Shown piece after piece: positions 1 through 9,907 of a DNA stretch of 61,192 nt. Position 1 is the stretch's first letter, and every line of letters begins with the position of its first letter. This DNA comes from an uncultured Pseudomonadota bacterium (GTDB lineage: Bacteria; SAR324; NAC60-12): assembly GCA_913020725.1 (NCBI GenBank), contig CAJWCD010000004.1, forward strand, positions 1 to 61,192. Direction: 5' to 3'. The notes below the pieces were generated by a model. It ran no database searches and was not told where the DNA came from. It saw only the letters and a program-made list of their open reading frames with translations. The position numbers and the translations under genes were made by a program.

Positions 1-118
1 ACCGCTGGACATTGTGACCCACGGACTCAACTCATAAGAGCAACAGGTGGGTTGATTCCACAGAAAGCTGATTCGGGGTCTTGGGAATCTAGGATTCCGG
101 AGCCAAAGCGGAACCTGC

Positions 119-149
119 TTGCAGCCAGCTTGGCTTTCTGTGCTACAAT
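119..149 (+). promoter_or_regulatory. candidate sigma70-type promoter upstream of bolA
   Basis: TTGCAG at 119-124 and TACAAT at 144-149, preceded by TG (extended -10 like). The 19-nt spacer is longer than optimal. Confidence 0.3.
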
Positions 150-180
150 TGAAGAATTGAAACCCAAGCCTCGGTGCCCC

Positions 181-513
181 ATGCAGATTCAACACGCCAT
201 CGAAAGTAAACTCCAAGACGCCTTCCAGCCCGAGTTTCTGGAAGTGGAGAACGAGAGCCACCGCCACAACGTCCCTCCGGGATCGGAGTCGCATTTCAAG
301 GTCACAGTCATTTCCGAGAAATTTTCCGGAGCCAAACTACGGGAGCGGCACCAGATGGTGTACAGCATCCTGTGCGACGAGGTTTCCGGACCTGTCCACG
401 CCCTCTCGATTCGCGCTCAGACTCCAGAGCAGTGGCAGGCCACGGGTGCAACCCCGCACCAGACACCCGACTGCCGTGGCGGCGATGGCGGGCAACGGCT
501 GGGGCTTTCTTGA
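181..513 (+). CDS. bolA: BolA family transcriptional regulator / morphoprotein
   Basis: Frame 52..513 trimmed to the ATG at 181. [41 protein letters not shown]...VHALSI...PDCRGG parallels E. coli BolA ([27 protein letters not shown]...VHALALH...PPCRGAG, from memory). Confidence 0.9.
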   Translation: [110 protein letters not shown]

Positions 514-516
514 TCC

Positions 517-2433
517 GTGCCCGCGAATTTTCAGGCACTTTACGGGCTGGCACTGCTCGCGTCCCTCGGCTACCTCACCCTGCTGTTTTGGAAGCGGCAC
601 CCCTTTCGCAAAACCAGTCTGTTCCTGCGCATTGGCTTGCTCCTGTTGTTGTTTACGCTCGCGCAGGTCACGATCACGCAGCAACTCCGGAACGCACGAC
701 CGCTGCATGTGCTGGTGGATTCCAGTGCCAGCATGGCCAAGTGGTTCGGTCTTCCGGAGGATGCCCACACTGGAAATTCACCAGACGAGTGGCTGCCCAC
801 TGCATTGGTTTCCACTATCGAGCAGAAATTTCCGGATCATGACCTCCATTTCCTTGATCTCTTTGCGGGCACAGCAGGTCCAGCGGGTTGGCCCTCGCAA
901 TCGCCGCTGATCGCCGCACTCCAGCGTTTTCACGACGACGCACGATTGCCTGCGGGCAGTGAAGTGCTGCTCGTCAGCGACGGATTGGACACCGAGCAAC
1001 CGCAAGCTTGGGAAGCGCTTGCACAGCAGTGGCAGAACTCCAAGCTCGTGATCCACACGCTGGTTCCACCGATTCGTCCGCAACCCGGAGCCGGACTGCG
1101 CATCGACACGGCGCTACGGGTGGCCTTTGTCAACCAGCCGCTCACGATGCAGGTGACGGTTCACGCCTCGCTCCCGGAACCGCAGCACACCGATGTGGTG
1201 CTGATGGACGGGCGTTCCGTGCTTGCCCGCAAGTCCGTCGAGCTTCCTGCCGGAGACTCCAAAACACCGCTCGAGCTTGCGTGGATGCCCGTGCTGCGGA
1301 GCGAAACCCTGCTCACCCTGAAACTGCTGCCGGTGGCTCCTGACAGCAATCCTCACGACAATCTCGCCTACCTGCCGATCACGGTTCGCACTCCAAAGCT
1401 CAAGGTGCTGCACATTGCCGGACGACCAAGCTGGGACGTGCTGCACCTGCGCCGTCAGCTCAAATCACTTCCGGAACTGGACCTGATCGCCTTCTTCATC
1501 CTGCGAAACCCCTTTGAGGACTCCCAGAACATCCCGGAAGCCGAACTCGCCCTCATCCAGTTTCCGGTTCGGGAACTGTTTCTGCGTGAACTCTTCAAGT
1601 TCGACACGGTACTGTTTCACAATTTCGACATCCAAACCTACCTCCGGAACCTTGAATTCCGCAAGAGCTTCCAGCGCTACCTCGCCGAGGGCGGCAGGAT
1701 CATCGTCATCGGAGGAGAGGACGCCAAACAATTTGAGGACTATCAGAAACTTTTTCTCACGGAAGGCACCAGACTCGGTTCCATCCGTTTTCAGCATCAA
1801 CCACAGTGGCGTTTCCGCGAGCAGGATTTGCTCTCACCAGTCCAGCTTCAGCAGCAGGCGGGTTTCCAAACGCTCCTTGCGAAATCCAGTGCCGCTCTGC
1901 CCCCGCTGCTGATCCGCACCCCCTATCGCTACGGTCGGGTGGACTGGATTCTGGAATCGGCGTCTTGGCAGTGGCGTCGTCCACCGAATTCCGGAAACCG
2001 CCTAAGCCACAACCTGCACTTTTCGCTGCTCTGGCAAGCCCTGCTCCAGCAACCCCGGCACGAGCGACAGAGGATTTTCCAAGGGTTCCGGACACGACCC
2101 TATCACGTTTCCGAGCCGATTCACGGCGTGATTCAACCTCCGACGCAGGCAACTCGCGTCTGGCTGGAGGTGCTGGATCCCCAGCTTGACGCGACCGTGC
2201 ATGAAGAAGCACTCGATCTTTCTGGACAAAATGCCTATATTCAACTCCCAGCCCTGTTGCCCGGCAGATACACGCTCCGGGTTTCTTGTCGCTGTACCGA
2301 CATGCGGGACGCCACCTTGCCCCTCACCGTGGTGGACGAGTGGTTGGAACAGCACGACGTCGCCCCCAATCTTCCGGCCCTGCACCAGCTTGCAGAACGA
2401 ACGGGAGGAAAAATCCGGACGGCACTGCCTTGA
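517..2433 (+). CDS. membrane protein with vWA-like and GATase1-like (BatA-type) regions, function unknown
   Basis: 638-aa ORF with a GTG start and two N-terminal hydrophobic helices. Has a DxSxS-like VLVDSSASM and VLLVSDGLD (vWA/MIDAS-like). The central block LIAFFILRN...TVLFHNFD...GGRIIVIGGE resembles the amidotransferase-like domain seen in such membrane proteins. Confidence 0.7.
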   Translation: MPANFQALYGLALLASLGYLTLLFWKRHPFRKTSLFLRIGLLLLLFTLAQVTITQQLRNARPLHVLVDSSASMAKWFGLPEDAHTGNSPDEWLPTALVSTIEQKFPDHDLHFLDLFAGTAGPAGWPSQSPLIAALQRFHDDARLPAGSEVLLVSDGLDTEQPQAWEALAQQWQNSKLVIHTLVPPIRPQPGAGLRIDTALRVAFVNQPLTMQVTVHASLPEPQHTDVVLMDGRSVLARKSVELPAGDSKTPLELAWMPVLRSETLLTLKLLPVAPDSNPHDNLAYLPITVRTPKLKVLHIAGRPSWDVLHLRRQLKSLPELDLIAFFILRNPFEDSQNIPEAELALIQFPVRELFLRELFKFDTVLFHNFDIQTYLRNLEFRKSFQRYLAEGGRIIVIGGEDAKQFEDYQKLFLTEGTRLGSIRFQHQPQWRFREQDLLSPVQLQQQAGFQTLLAKSSAALPPLLIRTPYRYGRVDWILESASWQWRRPPNSGNRLSHNLHFSLLWQALLQQPRHERQRIFQGFRTRPYHVSEPIHGVIQPPTQATRVWLEVLDPQLDATVHEEALDLSGQNAYIQLPALLPGRYTLRVSCRCTDMRDATLPLTVVDEWLEQHDVAPNLPALHQLAERTGGKIRTALP

Positions 2434-2453
2434 ACCTTGTTCCAGATTTTTTT

Positions 2454-2921
2454 ATGCTTGCTTCACTAGACTTACACAGAAATAACATTGTGAATCTTGA
2501 ACAAGCTGTTCCCCCTTTTCCGAAGGGGGAAGCCCTTGGGGTCCGTGCAAGTCTCCTATTCCACCTTGGATTGCTGCTGCTCGGCTTGGGGGGGGTGACC
2601 GCCTGTGCCACCTCGTCCGTCCTGCTTTCCCCCAAGGGGCAGAAGGTGGTGGTGGTGGGCAACCGCACTCAACTTCCCGGATGTTCCCTGCGCAGTGAGA
2701 TTCGTACCCTTGGGCTGGTCGGCACCGCCAACAGTCGCCATCAGGCGCTCATCAGAGCTCGGAACCAAGCGGCTGAAGCGGGCGCCACGCATTTGCAATT
2801 GGAACATGCGGAATCCAATCGCGTTTCCACAACCCTTGTGGGCAAGGCGCTCTTCTGTCTGGAGGATATTGCCCTTGAAGACCAAGACTTCGACCTCGAC
2901 AATCTCTACATTCTCGATTAA
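2454..2921 (+). CDS. putative small lipoprotein
   Basis: Frame 2286..2921 overlaps the previous gene. The first ATG after its stop is 2454; an in-frame GTG at 2490 is also possible. The hydrophobic stretch LLFHLGLLLLGLGGVTAC ends in a lipobox-like Cys. Start uncertain. Confidence 0.55.
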   Translation: MLASLDLHRNNIVNLEQAVPPFPKGEALGVRASLLFHLGLLLLGLGGVTACATSSVLLSPKGQKVVVVGNRTQLPGCSLRSEIRTLGLVGTANSRHQALIRARNQAAEAGATHLQLEHAESNRVSTTLVGKALFCLEDIALEDQDFDLDNLYILD

Positions 2922-2927
2922 CTCTCC

Positions 2928-4025
2928 ATGACCGACGGTCTGCTGGTTCTGAGCAACGGCCTCTATTTTCGGGGACGTCTGCTTGGAACGCCGCTTGAGG
3001 CGACTGGTGAAGTCATCTTCAACACCTCCCTGACAGGTTACCAAGAAATCCTCTCCGATCCCTCCTATGCGGGTCAGATCGTCACAATGACCTACCCGCA
3101 GATTGGTAATTACGGGGTCAATCCGGAGGACATGGAATCTGGAACGGTCCATGCGACGGCACTGGTGATCCGGGAATTGAGTCCGGTGGCCAGCAACTGG
3201 CGTTCTACGCAAACGCTGGACGGCTGGCTCGGCGAACAGCGCATCCCGATTCTGGCAGGCGTGGACACGCGGGCGCTCGCCCGCACCCTCCGGGAAACTG
3301 GAGAGTGCAGCGGCCTGATCGTGCCTGCCAACTTACAGCACACGCTGGACATGCTCCGGGAGGAAGCCCTTGCACTGCCGTCAATGGTGGGGCAGAATTT
3401 GGCCCGCCGGGTGTCCACCCGCGAACTGTACGCCTGGCCCACAGAGGGCGAGGTGCGCTTCCGGATCGTGGCCTATGACTTTGGGATCAAACACAACATC
3501 CTGCGCCTGATGGCCCAGCAGGGCATGCACATCACGGTGGTGCCTTGGAACACTCCAGTCTCGGAAGTGCTGGAAATTCAGCCCGATGGAGTCTTCCTCT
3601 CCAACGGTCCCGGAGACCCGGCAGCGGTCACAGAAGCCATTGAGGCAGTGTCGCAACTGCTCGGTCAGGTTCCCATTTTCGGTATTTGCCTAGGGCATCA
3701 GATTCTCTCCCTTGCACTGGGATGCCAGACCTACAAGCTCAAGTGCGGGCACCACGGGGTCAACCATCCAGTCATGGATTACGCCACCAAAAAAATCGAG
3801 ATCACCAGCCACAACCACGGATTTTCCGTGGACGAAACCTCCCTTCCCCATGACGTGCGCGTCACGCACCGCAACCTCAACGACCAGACCGTTGAGGGTC
3901 TCGAATCCCTCACCCATCCGGCATACTCCGTGCAATATCACCCCGAGGCTGCGCCGGGTCCCCACGATGCCCAATACCTCTTCAATCGCTTCGTGACCCT
4001 CATGCAGGCCCAAGGCCGGGCCTGA
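2928..4025 (+). CDS. carA: carbamoyl-phosphate synthase small (glutamine amidotransferase) subunit
   Basis: [38 protein letters not shown] (CPSase small-chain N domain), GICLGHQIL (GATase catalytic Cys) and YHPEA near the C-terminus. 365 aa. Confidence 0.96.
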   Translation: MTDGLLVLSNGLYFRGRLLGTPLEATGEVIFNTSLTGYQEILSDPSYAGQIVTMTYPQIGNYGVNPEDMESGTVHATALVIRELSPVASNWRSTQTLDGWLGEQRIPILAGVDTRALARTLRETGECSGLIVPANLQHTLDMLREEALALPSMVGQNLARRVSTRELYAWPTEGEVRFRIVAYDFGIKHNILRLMAQQGMHITVVPWNTPVSEVLEIQPDGVFLSNGPGDPAAVTEAIEAVSQLLGQVPIFGICLGHQILSLALGCQTYKLKCGHHGVNHPVMDYATKKIEITSHNHGFSVDETSLPHDVRVTHRNLNDQTVEGLESLTHPAYSVQYHPEAAPGPHDAQYLFNRFVTLMQAQGRA

Positions 4026-4108
4026 GCACGTGCGGGACCGCAGGATCCGCCAGTTCTTTCTGCACCGGACAGCCCACAGCGACAGCGACCGCATGAGAAG
4101 GGAAGCTC

Positions 4109-5119
4109 ATGAGTGTTGGAAAACTCACCGGCCCCAAGAAGGCCGCCATCCTGCTGCTCGCCCTCGGCGAGGACGGCGCAGCGGAAGTAATGAAGAATCT
4201 GGACGAATCGGAAATCCAGCAGGTCGGTTACTACATGACCCGCTTCACCGACGTCGCACCGGAAGAACTCGACATCGTGCTGGAGGAATTCTACCGCAAC
4301 ACCGTCACGCAGGACGAGGGGGTCAACATCAACGCCTCTCCGGATTTCGTCAAGAACGCCCTCAGCAAGGCACTGGGTGCGGAGAAGGCCAAGGAACTGG
4401 AGGGCAGCCTGCACTCCGGACAGGAGGAAGGTGGGCTGGATGCCATCCGCTACGCCGACCCCGTGATGATCTCCAACTACCTACGGGGTGAACACCCACA
4501 AACCATTGCCTTGGTGCTTTCCTACATCCGCAACACCGACCAATCCTCCATCGTCCTCCGCAACCTTCCCGAAAACCTGCAAGCCGACGTCTTGTACCGC
4601 ATGGCGGTGCTTGAAAGCATCCCGCCCGGAGTCGTTTCGGAACTCAACGACGTGCTGTTCGAGGAAATGAAGAGCGCAAGCAGCATGGTCACCAAAGTGG
4701 GCGGGGTTGGCCCTGTCTCCGAAATCCTCAACGCGGTGGACAAGGCGACCGAGACCCGTATCCTTTCAACCATTGAGGAGGCGAACCCGGACCTCGCCGA
4801 ACAGATCCGCGAACTCATGTTCACCTTCGAGGACCTCTCCGCTATCGACGCCAAGCAGATGCAAACGGTCCTCAAAGATGTTGACATTCCGGACCTCACC
4901 ATGGCACTCAAGACCGCCAGCGATGCGGTGAAGGAGTTGATTTTCTCATCCATGTCCTCCAAACAGGCGGACATGGTACGGGACGATTTGGAAAACCTTG
5001 GGCCGGTGCGGGTTTCAGATGTGGAATCGTCTCAACAAAAAATCATCAAGGTCGTCAAAACCTTGGAGGAAGAGGGCAAGATCGTCATTGCCGGGTCCGG
5101 CGGCTCCGATGTCGTCTAA
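4109..5119 (+). CDS. fliG: flagellar motor switch protein FliG family
   Basis: 336 aa. KKAAILLLALGED, EHPQTIALVLSYI, MFTFEDL and the C-terminal torque-helix region LKTASDAVKELIFSSMS..ADMVRDDLE are typical FliG blocks. GAAGGGAAG RBS upstream. Confidence 0.9.
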   Translation: MSVGKLTGPKKAAILLLALGEDGAAEVMKNLDESEIQQVGYYMTRFTDVAPEELDIVLEEFYRNTVTQDEGVNINASPDFVKNALSKALGAEKAKELEGSLHSGQEEGGLDAIRYADPVMISNYLRGEHPQTIALVLSYIRNTDQSSIVLRNLPENLQADVLYRMAVLESIPPGVVSELNDVLFEEMKSASSMVTKVGGVGPVSEILNAVDKATETRILSTIEEANPDLAEQIRELMFTFEDLSAIDAKQMQTVLKDVDIPDLTMALKTASDAVKELIFSSMSSKQADMVRDDLENLGPVRVSDVESSQQKIIKVVKTLEEEGKIVIAGSGGSDVV

Positions 5120-5382
5120 CGTGAGTTTTGGAGGTGAACTCCGCTAATTCCTCCAGCCTCGGCTCCCCCTCACCCCAGCTGAAGACCGGGCAGTTCGTGC
5201 GCTTGTTGCCGGATCCATCCTCCCGGATGGACTGCAAGGCCAACCCGGTGCTGCCATGCTCAAAGAGATAGGAGATCGGCATATTGTACACCGTTCCAGA
5301 GACGCTGTCCGTCCGGTTCGCACAGTTGATGGACTCGCTCAGGCAATGATCTGGCCACAGTCATTTTGCCAAGGGAGGAAGT

Positions 5383-5604
5383 ATGGATCGTGATTACCGT
5401 GATGGTGAATTTCCAAAAATCCTGATTGATCCAGACTTGGATTTCGCTTCGATTCGGCTCCAAGACGACGTGGAGCAGAAGTCCTACCTCAAGGAGGGTA
5501 TCCTGTTTGCGGAGAACGCTGAGGGGCAGGTCATCGAAATCCAGACCCTCAATCTCAGCGCTCTCCGGCCTCGTCAAGCTCCCGCCTCGGAGGCGACGGC
5601 GTAG
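5383..5604 (+). CDS. DUF2283-like small protein
   Basis: 73 aa with an AGGGAGG RBS 6 nt upstream. The pattern IDPDLDFASIRL...EGILFAENAEGQVIEIQTLNLS resembles the DUF2283 family (small beta proteins, often antitoxin-like). Confidence 0.55.
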   Translation: MDRDYRDGEFPKILIDPDLDFASIRLQDDVEQKSYLKEGILFAENAEGQVIEIQTLNLSALRPRQAPASEATA

Positions 5605-5654
5605 GCCTCTATCGGCGCAGGGAAGTCCGGGCCACTCGTGGAGTGGCAGACATG

Positions 5655-7799
5655 CTAGCGATGACGAAAGGCCCACGCCCAGTGGACCTTGGGGGTGCGA
5701 GAGAAATCCTTGGGCACGGTGTGAGAATGGAGGTTTTCAACTGCGAATTCCTCCAACAGTTCTGGTTCCAGCTTGAACTGCCGGAAGTGGTTAGTGAAGA
5801 GCAGCACACCCTCCGGAGCCAAGCGTTGCATGGTCAGCCGAATGAGCTCCAGATGATCCCGCTGCACGGCAAAATCATGGGCCCGCTTGGAGTGGGAAAA
5901 GGTGGGCGGATCAAGGAAAATCAGCTCATAATCGCCGCGTCCTCGTTTCAGCCATTCAAGACAGTCGGAGCGTTGCAGACGATGTTCGTTGCCGTGGAAT
6001 CCATTGAGCGCGAGGTTACGGTCGGACCATTCCAGAAAACGCGGGGAGAGGTCCACGGTCGTCGTTGCGGACGCTCCGCCTTTGGCCGCCGCGACCGAGG
6101 CCGTTCCGGTGTAGCCGAAGAGGTTGAGAAAGCGCTGGCCCCGCGCTCGTTCCCGAAGCCACTGGCGGGTGAGGCGGTGATCGAGAAACAGTCCCGTGTC
6201 AATCGTGTCCGTGAAATTGACGAGAAAGCGCAAATCGCCTTCCCGGACTTCCAAAAACTGACGATTCTCAGTCTCCGCAGTGTACCGGAAACTCCGCCCC
6301 TGCCGTGCCCGCACCTTGAGGATCACCCGTGAGGGCGAAATCCCCAGTGCCTCCGGGAGCGATGTCACGACCGCCCGGAGCCGCTGCTGCGCCTTGATTG
6401 TGTCCACCGAATCAGGAGCCTGATACTCCTGCAGCACGGCCCAATCCTCGTACAGATCCACGGCAACATTGTACTCCCGGAGATCGGCATCGTAGGCGCG
6501 AAAGCAGTGAATGTCTTGCTGCTCCCGCCACTTCTTGAGGCGACGCAGGTTTTTGTGCAGTCGGTTAACAAACATCTGCTCCGGTCCACTCGCGATACTT
6601 CGTGAGGCTCCATTCGTGTCCGTACTTGAAGAAGCGAGCTTGGCTTCCGAATTCTGGTGAATCGTAAATCCGTAAAACACACACGGGATTGCACCGTTGA
6701 AGAGTTTGTCCTGCTGATCTGCCCGCATCCCGAGCGCGTGTCCCAGCTCAGGATCAGAAGTGAGCACCCCCGCTCGCCAACCCCCACAATATCGTTTGAG
6801 TTGTGTCCCCAAGTGCGCGTAAAGTGGCATCAAGTGTGTGGAAGTTCCCAGCCGTTCACCGTAGGGAGGGTTTGCCACCACCAGTCCGGTTGCTGAATCC
6901 GGAACCTCAAAGCGGTCCAAATCGCGCCGCTCGAAGTGGACTTGTTTTGCTAAACCCAAGCGGTCCCGGGCTTCCAATGCGGTGCGGATGGCTGTGCCGT
7001 CAGAATCGTACCCTAGCAACTGTGGCATACGCGCCAACCCTGCCTGCTTGCGCTTCTTCGCTTCCAGTGCCAGTTCAAACCACACTTTCCTGTCGTGGTG
7101 CCGCCACGCCTCAAAACCAAAGCCCCTCCGCAACAGTCCCGGTGCCCAGTCCGCCGCCATCAGCGCGCCTTCCAGCACCAAGGTCCCCGATCCACACATG
7201 GGATCGAGCAGGGGATTTCCGGATTGGGCAAAAGTAGGCCACTCCGCAAGCTTCAGGACAGCTGCCGCAAGTGTTTCTTTCAGGGGAGCGGGTCCGGATT
7301 CCTGACGGTAGCCCCGGCGGTGCAGGCTTGCTCCGGAGAGGTCGAGATAAACCTGTGCGGTTTCTTCTTGCAGATGCACGGCGATCCGCAAATCTGGAGC
7401 TTCAGGATCAACATTGGGCCGCCGTCCGACAAAATCGCGGAAGCGGTCCACGACGGCATCCTTGACGCGCAGGGCGGCAAAGTGCGTGTTGGAAATTGGA
7501 GCATGGAGAGCCGTGCAATGGACGGCGAAAGTCTTGTCCACCGTAAAATGCTCCTCCCACGGGAAGGTTTTCAGGGCTGAGTACAGCGTGTCCGTGTCTG
7601 GAGCCGAAACCTTGGTGAGCGGCCACAACACCCGACTGGCGACGCGGGACCACAAGCACGCCCGATAGGCAGTTTCCAGTGATCCCTGTACAGTCACCCC
7701 GGAGGTTCGCGCCTCGCAGGATTCTGCTCCCAACGCCTCCAACTCCTGCACTAACAGACGCTCCAGTCCCTTGGCGCAGGTTGCGAAAAAATGACTCAT
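5655..7799 (-). CDS. rlmL: bifunctional 23S rRNA methyltransferase RlmKL (THUMP + two SAM-MTase domains)
   Basis: 714 aa. N-terminus MSHFFATCAKGLERLLVQELEALGAE, then DPMCGSGT and VANPPYGERLG (N6-type MTase motif IV). The C-terminal second MTase has LNLFGYTG and IFLDPPTFS. Confidence 0.93.
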   Translation of the reverse strand: MSHFFATCAKGLERLLVQELEALGAESCEARTSGVTVQGSLETAYRACLWSRVASRVLWPLTKVSAPDTDTLYSALKTFPWEEHFTVDKTFAVHCTALHAPISNTHFAALRVKDAVVDRFRDFVGRRPNVDPEAPDLRIAVHLQEETAQVYLDLSGASLHRRGYRQESGPAPLKETLAAAVLKLAEWPTFAQSGNPLLDPMCGSGTLVLEGALMAADWAPGLLRRGFGFEAWRHHDRKVWFELALEAKKRKQAGLARMPQLLGYDSDGTAIRTALEARDRLGLAKQVHFERRDLDRFEVPDSATGLVVANPPYGERLGTSTHLMPLYAHLGTQLKRYCGGWRAGVLTSDPELGHALGMRADQQDKLFNGAIPCVFYGFTIHQNSEAKLASSSTDTNGASRSIASGPEQMFVNRLHKNLRRLKKWREQQDIHCFRAYDADLREYNVAVDLYEDWAVLQEYQAPDSVDTIKAQQRLRAVVTSLPEALGISPSRVILKVRARQGRSFRYTAETENRQFLEVREGDLRFLVNFTDTIDTGLFLDHRLTRQWLRERARGQRFLNLFGYTGTASVAAAKGGASATTTVDLSPRFLEWSDRNLALNGFHGNEHRLQRSDCLEWLKRGRGDYELIFLDPPTFSHSKRAHDFAVQRDHLELIRLTMQRLAPEGVLLFTNHFRQFKLEPELLEEFAVENLHSHTVPKDFSRTPKVHWAWAFRHR

Positions 7800-7872
7800 T
7801 CAATCAAGCAGAGAAATGTTCCAACATTTTACCACTGACGGCTGATGGCAAACAGCCAATAATTTGTCGCTG

Positions 7873-8793
7873 TTAAGGATTCGGGAACAAGCGGGCGAGC
7901 ACTTCGGCGGCTGAGGGAAGGTCATGGATAAAATCCAGTCCTTCTCCAGCGAAAATCGCCATCGTGTTCGTGTCTCCAATCATCGCGGCGGCTTGGTAGC
8001 ATTGCTGTTCTTTGACAAGATTAGCAGTCAGCTCCGATTCCCGACCTTGCCAACGCTTCAGAAAATCGTTGTGAAGCGTGCGGCCTGTGTAGAGCTGCGG
8101 CCAATCGTAGCCCCGGATGTGGTCAAACACCCGCGAGCGCACGGTGTCGGCCCCGGTTTTTTCCACCAGCACTTGCTTGACGTTGGGGTGCCCCAAGGCT
8201 TCCTGTGTGGCAAAGAAGCGGGTGCCGACAGCCACTCCGGAGGCTCCCAATGCGAATGCGGCTTGCACTCCACGGGCTTCGGCAATGCCACCTGCTGCCG
8301 CTACAGGTACAGGAGCGACGGCATCGACCACGGCAGGAAGCAGAGTGAACAAGGCTCGATCCGCGCCATGTCCTCCGGCTTCGGTGCCCTGTGCGACGAT
8401 CACATTGGCTCCCACAGTTTTAGCCCGGAGCGCGTCTGCCACGGTTTGTACTTGGCAAACCAGCAATGCTCCTGCTGAACGGATGGACTGGACATAGGGT
8501 TCCGGATCACCGAAGGAGAGCCAGATCGCTGCGGGTTTGTGCTTGAGGATTTCATCAAGCAGTGCAGGTTGTCGTGCCAGCGTCCATGTGATGAATCCCA
8601 CCCCGATCCGAGTTGCTCCGGCTTCTTGAAATTCCTGCTCCAGCCACTCCGCATCTCCATAGCCTCCACCGATGAACCCCAATCCTCCAGCGTCGCTGAC
8701 AGCGGCGGCAAGGCGACCTCCGGCGACAAAGGCCATTGGCGCGAGTAACAGCGGATGTCGAATTCCCAGCGTTTCAGTCAATGCGGTCGTCAT
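7873..8793 (-). CDS. nitronate monooxygenase (NMO / 2-nitropropane dioxygenase family)
   Basis: LGIRHPLLLAPMAFVAGGRLAAAVSDAGGLGFIG and VIVAQGTEAGGH motifs. ATG at 8793 is preferred over the upstream TTG at 8820 because it avoids overlap with the preceding gene. Confidence 0.85.
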   Translation of the reverse strand: MTTALTETLGIRHPLLLAPMAFVAGGRLAAAVSDAGGLGFIGGGYGDAEWLEQEFQEAGATRIGVGFITWTLARQPALLDEILKHKPAAIWLSFGDPEPYVQSIRSAGALLVCQVQTVADALRAKTVGANVIVAQGTEAGGHGADRALFTLLPAVVDAVAPVPVAAAGGIAEARGVQAAFALGASGVAVGTRFFATQEALGHPNVKQVLVEKTGADTVRSRVFDHIRGYDWPQLYTGRTLHNDFLKRWQGRESELTANLVKEQQCYQAAAMIGDTNTMAIFAGEGLDFIHDLPSAAEVLARLFPNP

Positions 8794-8806
8794 GGTATAT
8801 CCCAAA

Positions 8807-9907
8807 TCAATCGGCAGCAAGTTCCACCGTGGTTTTGCGTTGAGCAGTTTCCGTTTGCCGGAGAAAATCCAGTGAGCGGGTTTTCCCGTGTTGCATCACA
8901 AAAAAGCGATCCTCCGGAATTTCTGCAAAGGTTAAAGCTTGCTGCAAGCGTCGTGGTGGTTCGTCCATTGGTTCATCGGTGAGTTGAAAGGTGCCCCAGT
9001 GGATACCCACAGAAAAGCGGGCCTGTAGGTCGAGATGAATCTGCACTGCTTCCTCCGGATTGACATGCGCCGCCTGCATGAACCAGCGTGGCTCATACGC
9101 CCCAATGGGGAGGGCCGCAAGGTCGAAGCCGCCAAAGCGTTTGCCGAGGTCTTGGAAATCCTGCGAGTATCCCGTGTCGCCCGCAAAGAAGAAACGAAAC
9201 TCCGGATGCTCCAGCACCCACCCCGTCCACAGCACCGTGTTGCGGTCCCACGGGGTGCGGCTGCTCCAGTGCTGCACGGGCACGGCGTGGATTTGCCAGC
9301 CCCGGAACTCCGCACTCTGCCCCCAGTCGAGTTCCACCACATTTGGGATGCCCAAGTCATCAAACCATGCCTTCTGCCTGAGCGGAACGAAGAAGCGCGG
9401 CGGATGTTGGCGTTGGCGCTCGTAAAGCTGCTCGACGGTGCCTTGGTCGAGGTGGTCGTAGTGGTTGTGCGAAATCACCACCACGTCAATCTCCGGCAGT
9501 TCCTCGAAGCTGAGGCCCGGAGGCGTGTGCCGCGTGGGACCGAAAAAACTCAGCGGTGAGGCCCGCTCGGTGAGGTGAGGATCGGTGAGAATGTTCAGCC
9601 CGTCAAACTGGATGAGTAGCGTGGCGTGTCCGATCCACGTCAGAGTCGGCTCCATGCGGTTCTGCTGGAGAAAAGCTGGGTTGTTCTTGGCCAGCGGAAA
9701 GCGGATCGGCTCCGGTTTTTCCCCATTCCACCACCACTTGAGCAGATCAGAGAAGGGTTTGTTGATGGAACTCTGGTCGTTGTTGCGGAAGCTGCCGTCC
9801 GGAAGGTGGTGCCCGGGCAAGTTGCTGTCGGTTTCCGGTATTGCTTGCGAATGGACGCATCCAGACATGCTTAGGCAGGCAAAAAGGATCAGCACCGTGT
9901 GTTTCAT
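8807..9907 (-). CDS. MBL-fold metallo-hydrolase (NAPE-PLD-like), probable lipoprotein
   Basis: VVISHNHYDHLD (HxHxDH) and GHATLLIQFDGLNILTDP. ATG at 9907 gives the signal MKHTVLILFACLSMSGC. ATGA start/stop overlap with the upstream SMR gene. Confidence 0.85.
   Translation of the reverse strand: MKHTVLILFACLSMSGCVHSQAIPETDSNLPGHHLPDGSFRNNDQSSINKPFSDLLKWWWNGEKPEPIRFPLAKNNPAFLQQNRMEPTLTWIGHATLLIQFDGLNILTDPHLTERASPLSFFGPTRHTPPGLSFEELPEIDVVVISHNHYDHLDQGTVEQLYERQRQHPPRFFVPLRQKAWFDDLGIPNVVELDWGQSAEFRGWQIHAVPVQHWSSRTPWDRNTVLWTGWVLEHPEFRFFFAGDTGYSQDFQDLGKRFGGFDLAALPIGAYEPRWFMQAAHVNPEEAVQIHLDLQARFSVGIHWGTFQLTDEPMDEPPRRLQQALTFAEIPEDRFFVMQHGKTRSLDFLRQTETAQRKTTVELAAD

Noticed and set aside
5085-5382. 260-bp gap after fliG containing a minus-strand open frame (track ORF 5085..5291; open to about 5352 without a start). 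Also a search for a DUF4258-type partner of the DUF2283 gene.
   Set aside because: There is no recognisable motif and no ATG/GTG/TTG at the 5' end of the open frame. It overlaps the fliG 3' end. No + strand ORF that could encode a DUF4258 toxin is present. It could be a decayed gene, but I cannot support a call.
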